The notes under the pieces are model-generated. The model saw only the letters and a list, made by a program, of their open reading frames with translations. It was not told the origin of the DNA and ran no database searches. A stretch of DNA of 64,000 nt, taken from assembly GCF_006345805.1 (NCBI RefSeq), contig NC_043003.1, positions 100,378,001-100,442,000 of the forward strand. Reading direction: 5' to 3'. This document shows positions 10,283 through 23,330 of the stretch, piece after piece (the stretch's first letter is position 1; every line of letters starts with the position of its first letter). Made by a program: the position numbers and the translations under genes. The stretch is from Octopus sinensis. Lineage: Eukaryota.

Positions 10283-11431
10283 CAGGGGTTGGACAAAATA
10301 ATGGAAACACCTTAAAATTTAAAACAAACTTATTTTAATATGGGGTAGGACCGCCTTTGGCAGTAAATGCAGCTTAAATTCTATGAGGTATGGACGTACA
10401 AAGTTTGAATTGTTCCCAAAGGAATTTTTGTCCATTCTTCGGCTAAAACAGTTTCCAGTTCTTGTAATGATGATGGCGGAGGATATCGACTTCTTACTTG
10501 TTTTTCTAAAATGCACCATAAATGTTCAATAGTTTTGAGATCTGGGGACTGTGGTGGCCAGATAAGATGTTCAACTTCACTAGAATGTTCCTCATGCCAT
10601 TAGTAACAACTTTAGCTGTGTGAATTGGTGCATTATCATCCTGAAAGATTGTGTTTCCTTCCGGAAACAGTTTTGCAACCATAGGATCGATTTGATCAGA
10701 TAAAATGCTTAAATAGTCTTCACTATTAATTCTGCCATGAATGGAAACCATTAGGCCAGCAGATTTCCAAGATATAGCTCTCCCAGATCATCCTCCATGT
10801 TTAACAGTTGGAAGAAAGCAGTCTAGGTCAAATGCTTCTTTTGGCTGTCTCCACACATATACTCAGCCAGTGGTCGGAAATAAGGTAAAGGATGATTCAT
10901 CTGAGAAAATAACATTCTTCCACATCTCTAGGGACCAGTTCTGTAGGCTTTATTCTCCACTCTAAATGCTCTGCAATGTTTGTTTTTGAAAGTAGTGGCT
11001 TTCTGATTGCAGCCCTCCCATGAAATCTGGCTTTGTGCAGCTCCCGGCAAACAGTTTTGTGGAAACTGGATTCTCAAAGTGGTCATTAAGCTGTGCAGTA
11101 ATTTTAGGAGCTGTACTTTTGCGATCCTTTCTAACAATTCACGTTAGAGTCCGACAGTCCCTATGTGAATGTTTTGGTTGTCTTCCGGAGTTTTGTTTCA
11201 GCGAGAAGGTTTTTCCTCTTTCTCAAAAGCTGTCATTATGTTATGTTGCAGGTCCGGATGACCTCCACTCAACTCCCGACTGCTACTCAACTCTCTTACT
11301 CTGCTCTTCTGTGCTACTGATGTCCAGGCTTCTCCCTCTATATCTACGTATTGGGCTAGCCTACTTCATCGTCTGGGGCGTCCACACAACACCTCCCCCT
11401 TTTGAGTTTTTTAAACCTGAATCTATCAATT

Positions 11432-12298
11432 TTATTTCTTCAGTGAGAAACTGGCATATCTTTTTCTCTTAGCGTTAATTTCCATCATTTCTGTAGGTTT
11501 TCTCTTCTTGTTCAACCTACATGTTGGTTCTGCTTTTGCTTGTGGTTCTGGGACCTGGAACAAATCATACCATAAATCCATTGGTTCTTCTTGCCTCCCT
11601 TGGTTTTTGGTATGTCTTTTTTTTGATTGGTTTAAATGCCTTCTGTGTTCATATTTTGGTCCTTTTACCATGTACATCACGTTACCCAGACGTCCAGTTA
11701 TATTTCCTTCTTCCCAGTCCTGTTTTCCATTACTATATATTTTAAAATACACTTTGTCACCTGTGTTAAAAAAATTCGTTTTTCTTCCCATATTTTCTAT
11801 TTTCTGTTTCCTACTCGGCAACCATTTGTCAAAAATAGAACAATTTTTTCTGGAAAACATCAAATCTGTGGGTGACCTACCCGACTCTGCATTTGGATTT
11901 GGTGTTATTCTATATACCTGCAAAAACTTTGTCATATTTGTATCTTCAAGGATTTCCTGTCTGGTCTTCCTTAAGGCTCTCTTGAATGTGTCGATGAATC
12001 TTTCCGCTAACCCATTTGACCTTGGATGGTATGGCGGAGTTAACACATGATTCATCTGAACTGACTTACAGAATCTTTCAAACTCCTTCGCCATAAATTG
12101 TGTATCATTATCTGACACAATTGTATCTGGGACTCCATAACAAGTGAACAGTTCTTCCAAGAAGTCAATAGTCACACTTGTGGTTGACCTTGAACATTTA
12201 CACACTTCAGGCCATTTGGAATAGCTATCCACCACAATGATATAATGAGAGTAATTTATTGGTCCTGCGAAACCCACATCAAGTCTAGACCATGCCAA
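11432..12298 (-). pseudogene. Gypsy integrase ORF fragment
   Basis: 288-aa ORF with WSRLDVGFAGP, VVDSYSKWPEV, GVPDTIVSDNDTQF and TPPYHPRSNGLAERF (rve core). Confidence 0.9.
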
Positions 12299-13369
12299 AT
12301 CCGTTTTTGGTCACAGCTGAATCTGCACTGGGGGCGCCTTTGCTGCCATAGCGCATCCCCTACACTGTTTTACCAGTCTCTCAATTTGCTTTTCCATATT
12401 CGGCCAATAAACGTAACTTCTCATAAGGCTCTTCATCCGGACAATCCCTGAATGTCCTACATGAAAGTCTTTTGTGCATATAATAATACCTCATCACATA
12501 CTGAATAGTGCTTTGAACCTGCGTCCCGCTCATTTATATTTTTTGTGTTACTAAACATTTTAAAAATCTTATTTATGAACCTATCATTTTTCGATTTCAA
12601 TTTAATTTCTTCCAGCATTACCAGCAAATCACATACTACATTACACAAAATGTTCTCCAGTTCTATTTCTAGTTTTAACGATGCAATCACTGTGTCTTCA
12701 AAAGGTTCCTAATATTTTGGAATCAGCCTAGACAACCCATCTGCGTGTCCCATTTTCATTGATAGCAAAAACTCCATCTGGAAATTGTAGTTCAACAGAG
12801 TAGTCCCCCAGTGCTGTAAGCGGTTTGCTGAGTGCATTGAGATACCCTTTTTCAAACCAAAAATAGACAATAACAGTCGGTGATCCGTTTGCAGTGTAAA
12901 CTTCCTCCCATGTAAGAATTTATGGAATTTTTTTACTGCGAAGATTAATGATAACACCTCTTTTTCAATCTGGCTGTAGTTTCTTTCCACTGGTAATAGA
13001 ACTCCCGGTGCATGTGCAATAGCTTTGATTTTACCATCATCAAATTTATGCAAAATCACAGCTCACCATATTCACTGGCATCCGATGCCACAATTATTTT
13101 CAGGTTTGGGTCAAAATGAGTTAATGATAACTCTGATGTTAACCGCTTTTTAATTCCTCGAATGATTTCTGACATTCGTTTGTCCAGCTCCATTTTGAGT
13201 CCTTCTTTAGCAACTGATTCAATGGAGCTCTTAGCTCATACATTTTAAGTATGTACAACTGGTAATAACTTACCAAACCTAAGAATGCTTGTAGTGTTGT
13301 TTTGTTAGTGGGAGCAGGCATTTTTTTTTTATCGCGTCGATCCTAGATGGGTCCGGTTTTCATCCGTTT

Positions 13370-14281
13370 TCATCGATCACCTGTCCTAAGTACTTTGTTT
13401 TTGTCAAGAAAAAATTCACATTTATCCTCCCTTACTTTGAACCCGTACTCACATATTTGTTTGAAAACCTCTTCTATATGTTCAATATGTTGGTCCCTTG
13501 ATTCACTTTTGATCAATATGTCATCCAAGTATGAGACCGCGAACTCACAATCTGCTAGCATAGTATCCATTACTTGCTGAAATATTGCTGGGGTGACCTT
13601 TACCCCAAATGGTAATCTTTTGAAACGGTTCAGACCTTTATGAGTATTGATTGTTAATACTTTAGCACATTCTTCATCTACCAGTAATTGGAGGTAGGTC
13701 TCTGACAAATCCAGCTTGGAAAATTTTTTCCCACCATTGCGCTTAGCAAATATTTCTTCTGGGTTTGGAAGCGGATAATTGTAATTTTTTAAACAATCAT
13801 TAAGACCAGTTGAGAAGTCCACACATACTCTTACTTCGTTGTTCTTCTTTTTTATATATACAGTAGGAGCCGCCCACTCAGAGTAGTCTACTTTTTCAAT
13901 TACTTCCATGTCTTCCAATCTTTTTAATTCCTTCTCAACTTGATTTAATGCCGCAAAAGGTACATTCCTTTTCGGTTTGAACACTGGTACCGCACTTTCT
14001 TTCAACTCAAATTTTACTTTAATTTTTTTACACATACCGAGCTCTTTCGAAAAAATATCAGGGTACATCTTTTCCAGTTTTAATTTCATTTTTTCCGATG
14101 CTTTCTCTAACATGGACTGTGACACATTCACCTTGTTACATAATGTATTCAGTGATAGATCCCACAGGTTGAATCCTTCCATTAAATCTGTCCCGAACAG
14201 ATTCATTGTATTCTTAGATACCATTAGTTTACATTTCCACATCCTGTTTTTAAGTTTTATTTCTGGAGAAATTTCTCCCAA
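13370..14281 (-). pseudogene. Gypsy reverse transcriptase ORF fragment
   Basis: 303-aa ORF with SEWAAPTV..KKK.NEVRVCVDF, FSKLDLSETYLQ, RLPFGVKVTPAIFQ and SYLDDILI. RNase H pieces follow at 13139-13321 and 12709-13059. Confidence 0.9.
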
Positions 14282-15301
14282 GAATTGAACTCATTCCCCT
14301 GACACACCACAGGCTATCCTAGTAGTGTTTTTATACAACGGCTTGCCTATCTTACTCCATGCTGCCGTATTTATTATCGATACATCTGAACCAGTATCTA
14401 ATTGCATTTTGGTGTTGAGTTGTCTTTCTTCTGTTTTACCATTTTCTTTGACCGGCATTTTGTCTGTATATGTCCAATTTTACCATACTTAAAACAGGTT
14501 TTATCTTTAAAGGAGCAATCTTTCCTCAAATGTTGATCTCCGCAACCATAGCACCGTTTTGAATTTAAATTTTACCTTCTTTCTGTACTTTCTTTACACA
14601 TTTGTATATTATTATTCTTGTCTTCTATCTTTCTTGTATCATCTCGAAGGTTTATTATTTGTTGGCATTCCTCAGCCACATTCTACAAAGTGAGTTTCAC
14701 ATCTTGATTCAACTTTGATAATATTCTTTTTCTAATTTCCGCATCTTCCGTTGCCACAAACCCTTTAATGAATATTAGGCACTTGAACATATCTGGTGTT
14801 AATTCTTCCAGCTTAAACCTTTCGCAAGCCTTATTAACCACTGTTATATTGCAATACTACACAGTGTACACAGTGGCTGCGTGAGCTACAAAATCTTCAT
14901 TGCCACTGTTATGTTGCAGGTCCGGATGACCTCTACTCAACTCTCTTACTCTGCTCTTTGGTGCTACTGACGTCTAAGCTTCTCCCTCTATATCTACATA
15001 TTGGGCTAGCCTACTTCATCGTCTGGGGGCGTCCACATAACACATTACTTTCGAGACAGTACTTCTTGATGCACCAAACATTTTGGCTGTTTTCATTATG
15101 CTAGTGCTTTCCATACGAGCACCAACAATTTGACCTCTTTGAAAGTCTGACAGATCTGTCTTTTTAATGAATTTTAATTACCTTTTTCTGATGATATCTG
15201 AAAAGAAACAGCAATTTTAGTAAAACATATTAAGCAACACTAATAATAAATCAAAAACATAAAAATAAACAAGCTTTTGATGGTTTTATACAACCCTTGT
15301 A

Positions 15302-15450
15302 TGTTGTCCTTATGCTCTCTGACTCTGACAGTCCTCCACCTTCTCAGGAGCAGACAGGCCCAATTCACTCCAGTGTTGGAGAACTTCATCCAACTCTCTG
15401 TTGGAATTGGTTTATGTTGGAGAGGAGACAATGTTGCTCATGAGACTTAC
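15302..15450 (-). mobile_element. Upstream continuation of CRE-like copy 1
   Basis: Aligns with CRE copy 2 at 16680-16740. Removing the Tc1 and one TA restores the frame VRVREHKDNI|ISKATFDSLFIQLDQF. Confidence 0.75.
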
Positions 15451-15799
15451 CTGTCCACTTATAAATCTATCTCACTTCATTGTAGCATATTTAAACAGGG
15501 TACTATATGATTACAAACCTATTTCCTGCTCCTTTTAAAATATATGGCCTTCATATTAAATGTAAATAAACATTTCTACTTATAAACAGGTTCTTGAACG
15601 AGGGACTTGTATTCACCTGACAAAACTTCAAAGTTAAAAGAACAAAACTCATATACATTTTTTCCTTTAGAGTTAAAAAATTTTTATTTTCAAATATAAC
15701 ATATAAACATGTACATCTTTTAGAACATTGTCATTTTATAAAATTTTGCTGGCAAATTTCTAAATGGGCATAAACATTTATTTACATGGAAGAAAATAC

Positions 15800-16750
15800 T
15801 GGAGAACTTTCATCTAATTCTTCCAAATCTTTCTGTTAAAAAACTGTATTGAAACCATTTGTGGGGAATCAAAAAAAATTTTTTTATCACAGCAACTGGT
15901 TGCACACCACAAGGTGCGTAAAGCAAGCCAGCACACTCGGAGCATTACCATGGGTGATGGTGAGGCTAAGGCATTGGGGAAGTCAAGTGCCCTCATGAAC
16001 ATCATGTGATACCTCGGTGAGGCAAGCTGCCAACATTGACAAGAACTTTGCGGTTAGTGGTCCAGCCCCTTTGAGCATCTCAAGCACCACAGATTGGAAG
16101 AGAGAGTTCACTGTCAGGTCTCGATACTTCAGAGTTTTCTGCTCGGCTATGGAAGCAGTGACTCTCCCGTTAACTCCAGCATCCAGGATGTGGGAGGGAG
16201 CAAAGGAATCAAAGACTGTGGTGTCCCAAATGAGGTGCCTACCTCTAACCCAGGGACAGAGGCTAAGACCACCTGGTCTCTTTTCATCACTTCTGGATAA
16301 CCCCGATGGCTCCAGAACTGAGGGGATATTAATCTGAGCCAGGGCTCGCTTAATGATTAGGTTTAGTTTGGTGTGACAAACTACGACAGACTATGAAGAC
16401 CTGTGGGGTCAAGGGGCCTACCACAGTGGAATCTCAGTCCCCTACAGAAGTCATCTCTCACTCTCAGTGTGATGGAGATGCAGAGCTCATCTAGAGTGAG
16501 TAGAACTCTGATGTTGGCCACAGGCAGGGCATCAATCCGGTCCCCTGAGAATTTTGCACTAGCTGAAAGTAGGCGACACCTTGAAAACTGATCTGAGTGC
16601 AGATTGTCCCACACTCTCTGTTTCCGTCTATCTGCCACTGTAACCAGAACTGACAAACCCAGCTCTTCTTCATTGTGACATAGCTTCATCCATCTCCCTG
16701 TTGGAATCAGTCCATGTTGGAGAGGAGAGGATGTTGCCTACCAAAGGTAA
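15800..16750 (-). mobile_element. CRE-like non-LTR retrotransposon, 3' part, copy 2 (diverged)
   Basis: ORF 16381-16689(-) DQFSRCRLLSASAKFSGDRIDALPVANI parallels copy 1 (DQFPRCCLLSASAKYLGEWVGAIPVANI). A KRPGGL-like motif lies near 16270-16290. Confidence 0.75.
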
Positions 16751-17739
16751 ACAAGCATGGAAGGAGGAAAGAAAACAGGAAAGAGATAAAGACTAGCACT
16801 TGTGCAGACTTAGACCCCTAAACCATTTGGGCAAAGCAGCTTGATCGTGGGAGTCTGGGGCAGAATTCAAGTTATTAATTCTGTAGTATTAAGTTGCTGA
16901 GAGTTAAATCTCTTTGTGGATGGGATGCTGACCTATAGCAGGTTATTTCACCTGTTGGAGAAATTCAGCTATGATTGGCAAGTGTACAAAATTCCTCAAC
17001 TATGTAACATCATTACTGAACAGCCAAAGCTTTTTATGGAAGGTGACGGGATGGTCGAACTAATCAATTCCAGGTACATTACTGGACTCTCGAAGGAGAA
17101 AAAGAGAAAAGGCAGTCAATCGTAATAGGGTCTGAATTCAGAACATGGATACTGAAGGATATATTTTTCTTGCTCTATTGAAATATTCTTTGGTAAAAAA
17201 ATAAAACATACAAAATTTCATGAAACTGAGAAGGAATTGTTACTTTCTTCTAATTTTTATTAAAGATTCCTTGTCACAATGACCACTTGTTCAGAAAGAT
17301 AAAAAGAAAGAAAAAGGAAGTAAACAATAAATAATTCAATAAATAACAAAAGTAAAATATCTGAGTTTTAAGGATGATTATAAATTTATCTGCCATCATG
17401 ACCTGAATTCTTTTGACATAAATATATGAAGTTTACTGGGATGCAAAGAAATTTATAAAAGAACCCAATGATTATTCAACTTGCTAAGGCAGTGATACAC
17501 GTGTATTTGTTTATGTCTTGACATAAAATGAGTTGAGAATTTTTGTTTCTAAGAATTCAAACCGTCAGGCCACTACTATTAGCGAAGGAGCAACTGAAAA
17601 GGATTTCATAGTTATTTTTGAAATATAAAAGCACTCTATATTACAGAAGCTATAATGTTGTATATTTAATGTCGTGTTTAGTCGTTTGTTTTGAAAGGGC
17701 ACTGTTATTACAACAGTCACACTGACACAGATGCTAGCA

Positions 17740-18144
17740 GAAATAACGGAAAGATTGCTGAGATACGAATGAGAAGAAAAACGAGTTCAATAATGTAAAT
17801 GGGCGAGCGAGGAAATATAAACGGTTTTGATTGGACAAAAATTTGAATTGTCATGACGACATCAATTACAACGCGTATGATTGGTCGAATTCACGGTCTG
17901 TCGTTCGCTTAATGGAATATGTACATGGTCGTTCATTTTGTTTATTTTTACTTTTATTTCTCTGTTTGTCAGTCATTACGCACACACACGCTCACTACTA
18001 CCAACAGGATCGCGAATGAATGAGATAAGCTGCTAAAAACAGCCGCCTCACTTCCTATTATCTTCCTCCTCCTCATCATCATCACCTGAAGATAACTTGT
18101 GCAGTGTGGCGGCGGCTCTCTTCCTTGCTCTCGCTAAGCCACAG
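17740..18144 (+). promoter_or_regulatory. Candidate promoter and non-coding first exon of an unidentified gene
   Basis: Non-repetitive, locally CpG-containing segment with two GATTGG (reverse CCAAT) motifs at ~17830 and ~17879. It ends in a plausible donor CACAG|GTATAT at 18144/18145. Confidence 0.3.
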
Positions 18145-18936
18145 GTATATGTAATATCTTCATCAACTCGAGTTCTACTGCTGCTTACTTTTAAAGTAAT
18201 TGGCAATTGGAAGAAATATATTAAAACGAAAATAAGACACGAAATGTCACCTTTTTAAGGCTGTGGGCAAGATGAATAATAGATCGATGAAAACAATTTC
18301 AGGCTGCTGTCATTAAAAATAACTTCAAGCGGTGCCTGAGCTGATTCTGGCTGCATTGAAATATGGTTTTAGGTGAAAAACACAACGGTAGAACAAAACA
18401 GAGCTAGAAAAGAAAACTGATTTTTTTTTAGCATTTTAATACAATATACATAGACACACATTCGCGTGCACATACTTCTATAATATATGTGTGAGTGAAT
18501 ACATACATATGTATATGTATGTATGTATGTGTGTGTATGTCTCTGTGTGAATGGTGTATTTAAAAGAACCTGTCTGTGTTGGTCGACTCTTGACAGGCTG
18601 ATCTCGTTAGTTTGTGGAAGTCTTTACTTGTTGGTGCAAGTCTTCGTTGATTCAGACACATACACACATACACTTCATACACATCCATGCACACACACAC
18701 CTCTCTCAACCACTAAATACGTGTTACCTACGTTCACCAACGTAATAACAGGCGAACAGCACCACTAACAGCAACTGTCAACGCTTGTTTACTCCCTGTT
18801 TTTGCTTCGATTATTTATTATTTATTGCCGTTTATTTCACTTTCTGTGTCGTATAAAATCGTGTTTATTCGCCGTCTTTGTGGCGTGACTTTAGCTCGGG
18901 CATCTTGTTATGCCTCTCGGACTAACTCAACAGACT

Positions 18937-18985
18937 ATGGCAGATGGATATGACATGATAGGAGGTGCAGCCGAGTACATTCCGG
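18937..18985 (+). CDS. Candidate first coding exon (MADGYDMIGGAAEYIP-G), product unknown
   Basis: ATG at 18937, donor CCGG|GTAGGT at 18985/18986, possible acceptor TTTAG at 18894. No downstream partner exon was found. Confidence 0.25.
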
Positions 18986-19043
18986 GTAGGTCTATTTATC
19001 TAATTATCTTTCTATATTATATACTCACACACATATACATACG

Positions 19044-19092
<49 letters not shown>

Positions 19093-21889
19093 GAACGTTC
19101 ATACTGACACATGTATAATATAAACACATGCAAGCATCTTCATGCACACATACATCTAGATGCTGTGCCTGCATTTTGGTGTATATGTATGGTTCAACTG
19201 TTGATGGTGAAGAAAATACATCGTTTTGTTTTGGTACTGATTTTGAACAGGTCATCCACCAGATCATCTACAGTTTCTTATTAACTGTGTTGATGTTTAG
19301 CCCAAGTGAGTCTTGATCGAGTTGATCTGCGATGTAAAAAGTAAAACACGTTCCAGCCATGGCCATCTCGACTTATTTCTGACATGGTGTAATGATGACT
19401 GCCAACATTCTACCCCCGCCTTTTTTTGTTTTTAGAAAAGACAGCGGCGGTGTGAGACGAGGGAGATCTGATTGTTATTTCTAATTCCTGGCCACTTGGT
19501 AGAGGTCCGTCGCTATTGGGTCTGTGTCTGTGCATCGCTAAGAGTGGACGATACAAATGATCAAACAGGGCTAGAACTAAATACTGCTTGTAGTATTTAG
19601 TTATATCCCTATTCGTTTTGAGTTCTAATCTCGTCGAGGGCTGATAAAATAAATACCGTTGAAGAACTAGGATTAATCTAATCAACTATACTCTTCCTCA
19701 AAACTTGTGCCAAGTCCCCATCATTAAAACGACGGGACAAATATTTTTAAGAGCAATAAGGGTGAACGGAATTTTGGTTTTTGATTGAAACCACTTGGCT
19801 AAACTTCGGTTCTTGACTGAAACCACTTGATTTAACTTTTCAAAACTAATAGCCCTTGGAAAAGGTATAACTGTATAGCTGACACAACCATCACAAAATT
19901 TCACATTTTAAAGCTGGCTAAGACCATAAAGAAATGAAAACAACATGAGGGATCCTATTAAAATACTAAGAGGAAGCTTCTCACTATTAATGATCAATAT
20001 TTATCTATTGATTATTGATTGGTCGAATTTTCGGTATTTACTTTTCTGTCTTAACTACTCTTTATTAAGCCTTGTCTTGCTAATCTATATATAAACACCA
20101 AGAACATTTCTCATTTCAAACTTGTCATATATGCTCAGTGGACACACTTATAAAATTCCCCCAATTTAAGTCTAATTCTGCCCTCTAATTAAAGTTTGGG
20201 CACGGTCTAATATTTAGATTGGCCTCTTTCTCAATGTAAGCACTTTTTATTACGACAATGTTTCATCCTACAATAATGATACTAACTGTACTGTCTAATG
20301 CTCCTGGGGTAGAATGAATGCCTAAACTTCCCATATGTAATCGTCATATGTTTGCCATTCAACATTACTATTGGTATAATAATGTAATGTCCCTAGAAAA
20401 GAATGAACACCACTGCTTTCTATATTATTGTTATAATATAGTAATAAACAGATCGTCTCGTTTGTGTCTGCTGTGTTTATTATTAAACTTTGATTCATTA
20501 TATAACTTGTTATCAGGTTATAATAATTACAGTCTACTATGTTAATTATTCAACAACAACGATGCATTGTAGTCAGTTTTGCATAATAATTATTCCTGGC
20601 TGGTTGTCAGACCTCATCTCTATTACTACAACCATTGCATAACAACGACAACCACGTTCACTACTTCTTGTTGGCGCTCCACTCACAACTTTACTATCAT
20701 CGTAACTACCGAATGTAGCTTCATTAGCTCAAAGTATTGTTGATGGGGAGTGAAATTGAAATATGTCCAATGAGCCTTTTTTTAAATGTCGGATGATAAA
20801 AATTAAGTACCAGTGAAGTACTTGTTTGATTTAGTACCAAAATATGAATAAAATTATTATATATGACACAAAATTAAGAAAAAAGAAAGAAAAAAAACCA
20901 AAACAGAAAGTAACAGCCAAACGCAAACACACATAAATTCAGATATGCAAAATGTCATTTTTTAATGTTTTAGTGGGCAAAATTTCGGAGTTATCTTGCG
21001 GTCTTTAATTTGGTTACGCAATACACATTCTCAGTGATCCAGTTAAAATATCTTCGTGTATCATTGATTTGAGGTGTTGCAAGCGAAGCGTAAGGATTAT
21101 AGGACAATGTGTACGTTTCAAAGCATCACTGGGAATACTTACTTAACTGAAGACTTAGTTGATCGTTTTAATCGTATTAACATTAACTGATCTTTAGCTA
21201 TACTAAATCAACAAGATATGAACTGGTCATCAGTTATCATACTACTTGCTCATTTGGACTGAATTATTGTTATTAGAACGGTCGCATTGTTGAAAACTGG
21301 GACTTTGTGTTATCAGTTGCCCATGTTTCAATAAGACAACTGTTAATTTCCTGTCTTCTGCTTATAAAACACACAATGCGTATTTTTAACGAAAATAATT
21401 TCACTATAGGGCACTGTCAAGTGTCTTTATTTGAGTACGCTTAGGCAGCAGACAGATGTTTAGTTATTTTTTCTATATTAGAGTATTAGGGTATTCATTT
21501 AAGTATATATTCAGGTATATAAAAACAATAAACACCTGCTTAATGTAAAGGGTATTTGTTGTTTCTATAGCAATAACAATATGAGACAACATTGTTCTTC
21601 ATTCTTACATGGGATGTCAGTCTCGCGCAAGTTGGACTTAACACTACGTCAGTGAAACGCTCCTAAAACAAACGAAAAATCAGCCTTGATGTTCATCCCA
21701 CTGATATTGATGAAATAAATACCAGTGAAACTGTTTAGTCTGTTGACTGTTCTCTTGTGCCAATAGAAAGAATTGAATATTGCATCACTGGTCTGTGTAC
21801 ACCAGTGAACGCTAGACCAGTGAACGCTCAGTATCCCTTTGTGGTATCTCTACATCTAAATAGACTGGGCCATTTCAGAGAGTACAACG

Positions 21890-23330
21890 CTAGTGACAAC
21901 ATGTAAACAGGAAATCTCTCAAATGGTCAATATCCACTTCCATTTTGACTTGACCATCCACAGCTCTCATAAATACAAGATTTTCTGGGATAGGGTGGCG
22001 ATAATACAAATATCTGCACTAAGATGTTATCCTATCCAGGAGGCGGAAGTTTTCATCTACTTAGTGTCCCAGGACACTGACTCAAAAATGAAGGATACTA
22101 AACTCAAACAAACTCTACCACATGTCTTCTGAGACACGAACTAATGTGAGAGCAACTTGAGCCAAATGGAGGAGTTGCTGTGGAGTTTGATCATAGCCAG
22201 ATATGAGCAAAACAAACATAAGACAGGGGGAGCCTTTATGTAGTTGCTTGCCCTAGTAGAAATAGACCCCAAATGCATCCATCCATCTTCTTGAGAGGGT
22301 TGTAGTTGATAGTTACTTTCTCCATAGTGTTCTACTGGAAAAGAAAAATGGTTGTTACACTTTACAGCTGGATTCTCAGTGAGCCAAACTGGGACTATGG
22401 ATAATATCAAACTATCTCATTCTTGGTCTATTTCTAGGCCTCCTACTGGTTGGCTCTACTTGAGGAATCTATCTTGCAATTCTTTCCTGCAACATTCTAA
22501 TCACATCTGTAATATCGGAACTGTGACCTCTCAATGTGAAGTAGCTGCTCAACTTGGAGAGACTCCCTAATCTCCAACCTACATACCCTGTTGAGTAACA
22601 TTATTCCAGAGATCCTTTCAGCCACTTGTATTTGCAACCATAACTCTTTTGATTATTACCCAACATTCATAGCCATAGATAAAAATAAACATGGAAACTG
22701 AACTGAAGATAGCAAGTTTGGATTTTTTTTATCAACTTCTCCACTTCTCAGGATAAAATCTGGTGCTTTACTGTGCCAGCACCTGCAATTCTAGCATCCA
22801 GTTCAGCAACCTGGCACCACACCAAGTCACTTTCATCCACAGCATTGCATAAAGATGAAACTGATGAACAAAGCAACCTCCATTCCATTTCAATAGAGTC
22901 TGCATATTTGTTTCTGCCTAACTTCCTACTTTATCCTGTAAGTTGCACTGGACTTCACAGTTTTGTGAGTTCTCCCTGCTATTGATGGGTTCTTGTTGCA
23001 AATGATTAGGTGCCCTCTCTTTGCTTGAATGTTCAGTACAAAATCAAAGGTCCAAGACTGCCAATCCTCTCAGTCACTTGTTTCTATATCTGGTGATCAG
23101 ACCAACATGTACATACAATTTTTCTTGTATGTCAAATGACTTGGTCTTAACTAAATCTAAAGCTGCAGTGATCTCATTCAGGAAGAATTTGTATTTAGCC
23201 TCACTGTTTGATGCATATGTTTCCAACTGCCAGAGTGAGTCTTCCTTTAGCCTAAATTTCAGGAGGCAATCCCTCCAGTCTAGTGGGATCTAGTCTATAA
23301 CACAATCTGACCGCCAGGAGCTTGTGAGCA
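21890..23330. mobile_element. Decayed LINE fragments (APE-like on +, RTE-like RT C-terminus on -)
   Basis: GGVAVEF-like motif near 22168(+), and IYGYECWVIIKELWLQIQVAER at ~22610-22680(-). Confidence 0.5.

Larger units (their letters stand above)
11239..15042 (-). mobile_element. Ty3/Gypsy (Mag-like) LTR retrotransposon, 3.8 kb, gag largely lost
   Basis: LTRs at 11239-11391 and 14907-15042 (TGTTATGT...ACATAACA). 5-bp TSD CATTA at 11234-11238 and 15043-15047. PPT AGGGGGAGG next to the 3' LTR and PBS-like TGGCAATGAAG next to the 5' LTR. Protease MQLDTGSDVS at ~14370-14410. Confidence 0.93.
10283..15299 (-). mobile_element. Tc1-family DNA transposon (~1.2 kb) interrupted by a Gypsy element
   Basis: TA(10281-82)-CAGGGGTTGGACAAAATAATGGAAACACC TIR, with a degenerate partner ATGGTTTTATACAACCCTTG-TA(15300-01), 15/20 matches. 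Transposase pieces on the minus strand: DLSDFQRGQIVGAR...FGASRSTVSKV (15048-15160), RKSTAPKIT, IFQDDNAPIHTAK, WPPQSPDL. Confidence 0.85.

Noticed and set aside
17563-17609. Signal-peptide-like minus-strand start MKSFSVAPSLIVVA
   Set aside because: An in-frame TGA comes before any usable splice donor.
19630-19900. Mariner-like TIR (CGAGGGCTGATAAAA) and nearby ORFs 19410-19685 and 19698-19904
   Set aside because: No partner TIR or transposase motif was found.
21609-21662. 54-bp minus-strand segment with good acceptor and donor (ERFTDVVLSPTCARLTSH) as a possible next SNRPA1 exon
   Set aside because: It has no similarity to the SNRPA1 C-terminus beyond ER, lies across the gap, and has no compatible neighbouring exon. 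Unsupported without RNA data.
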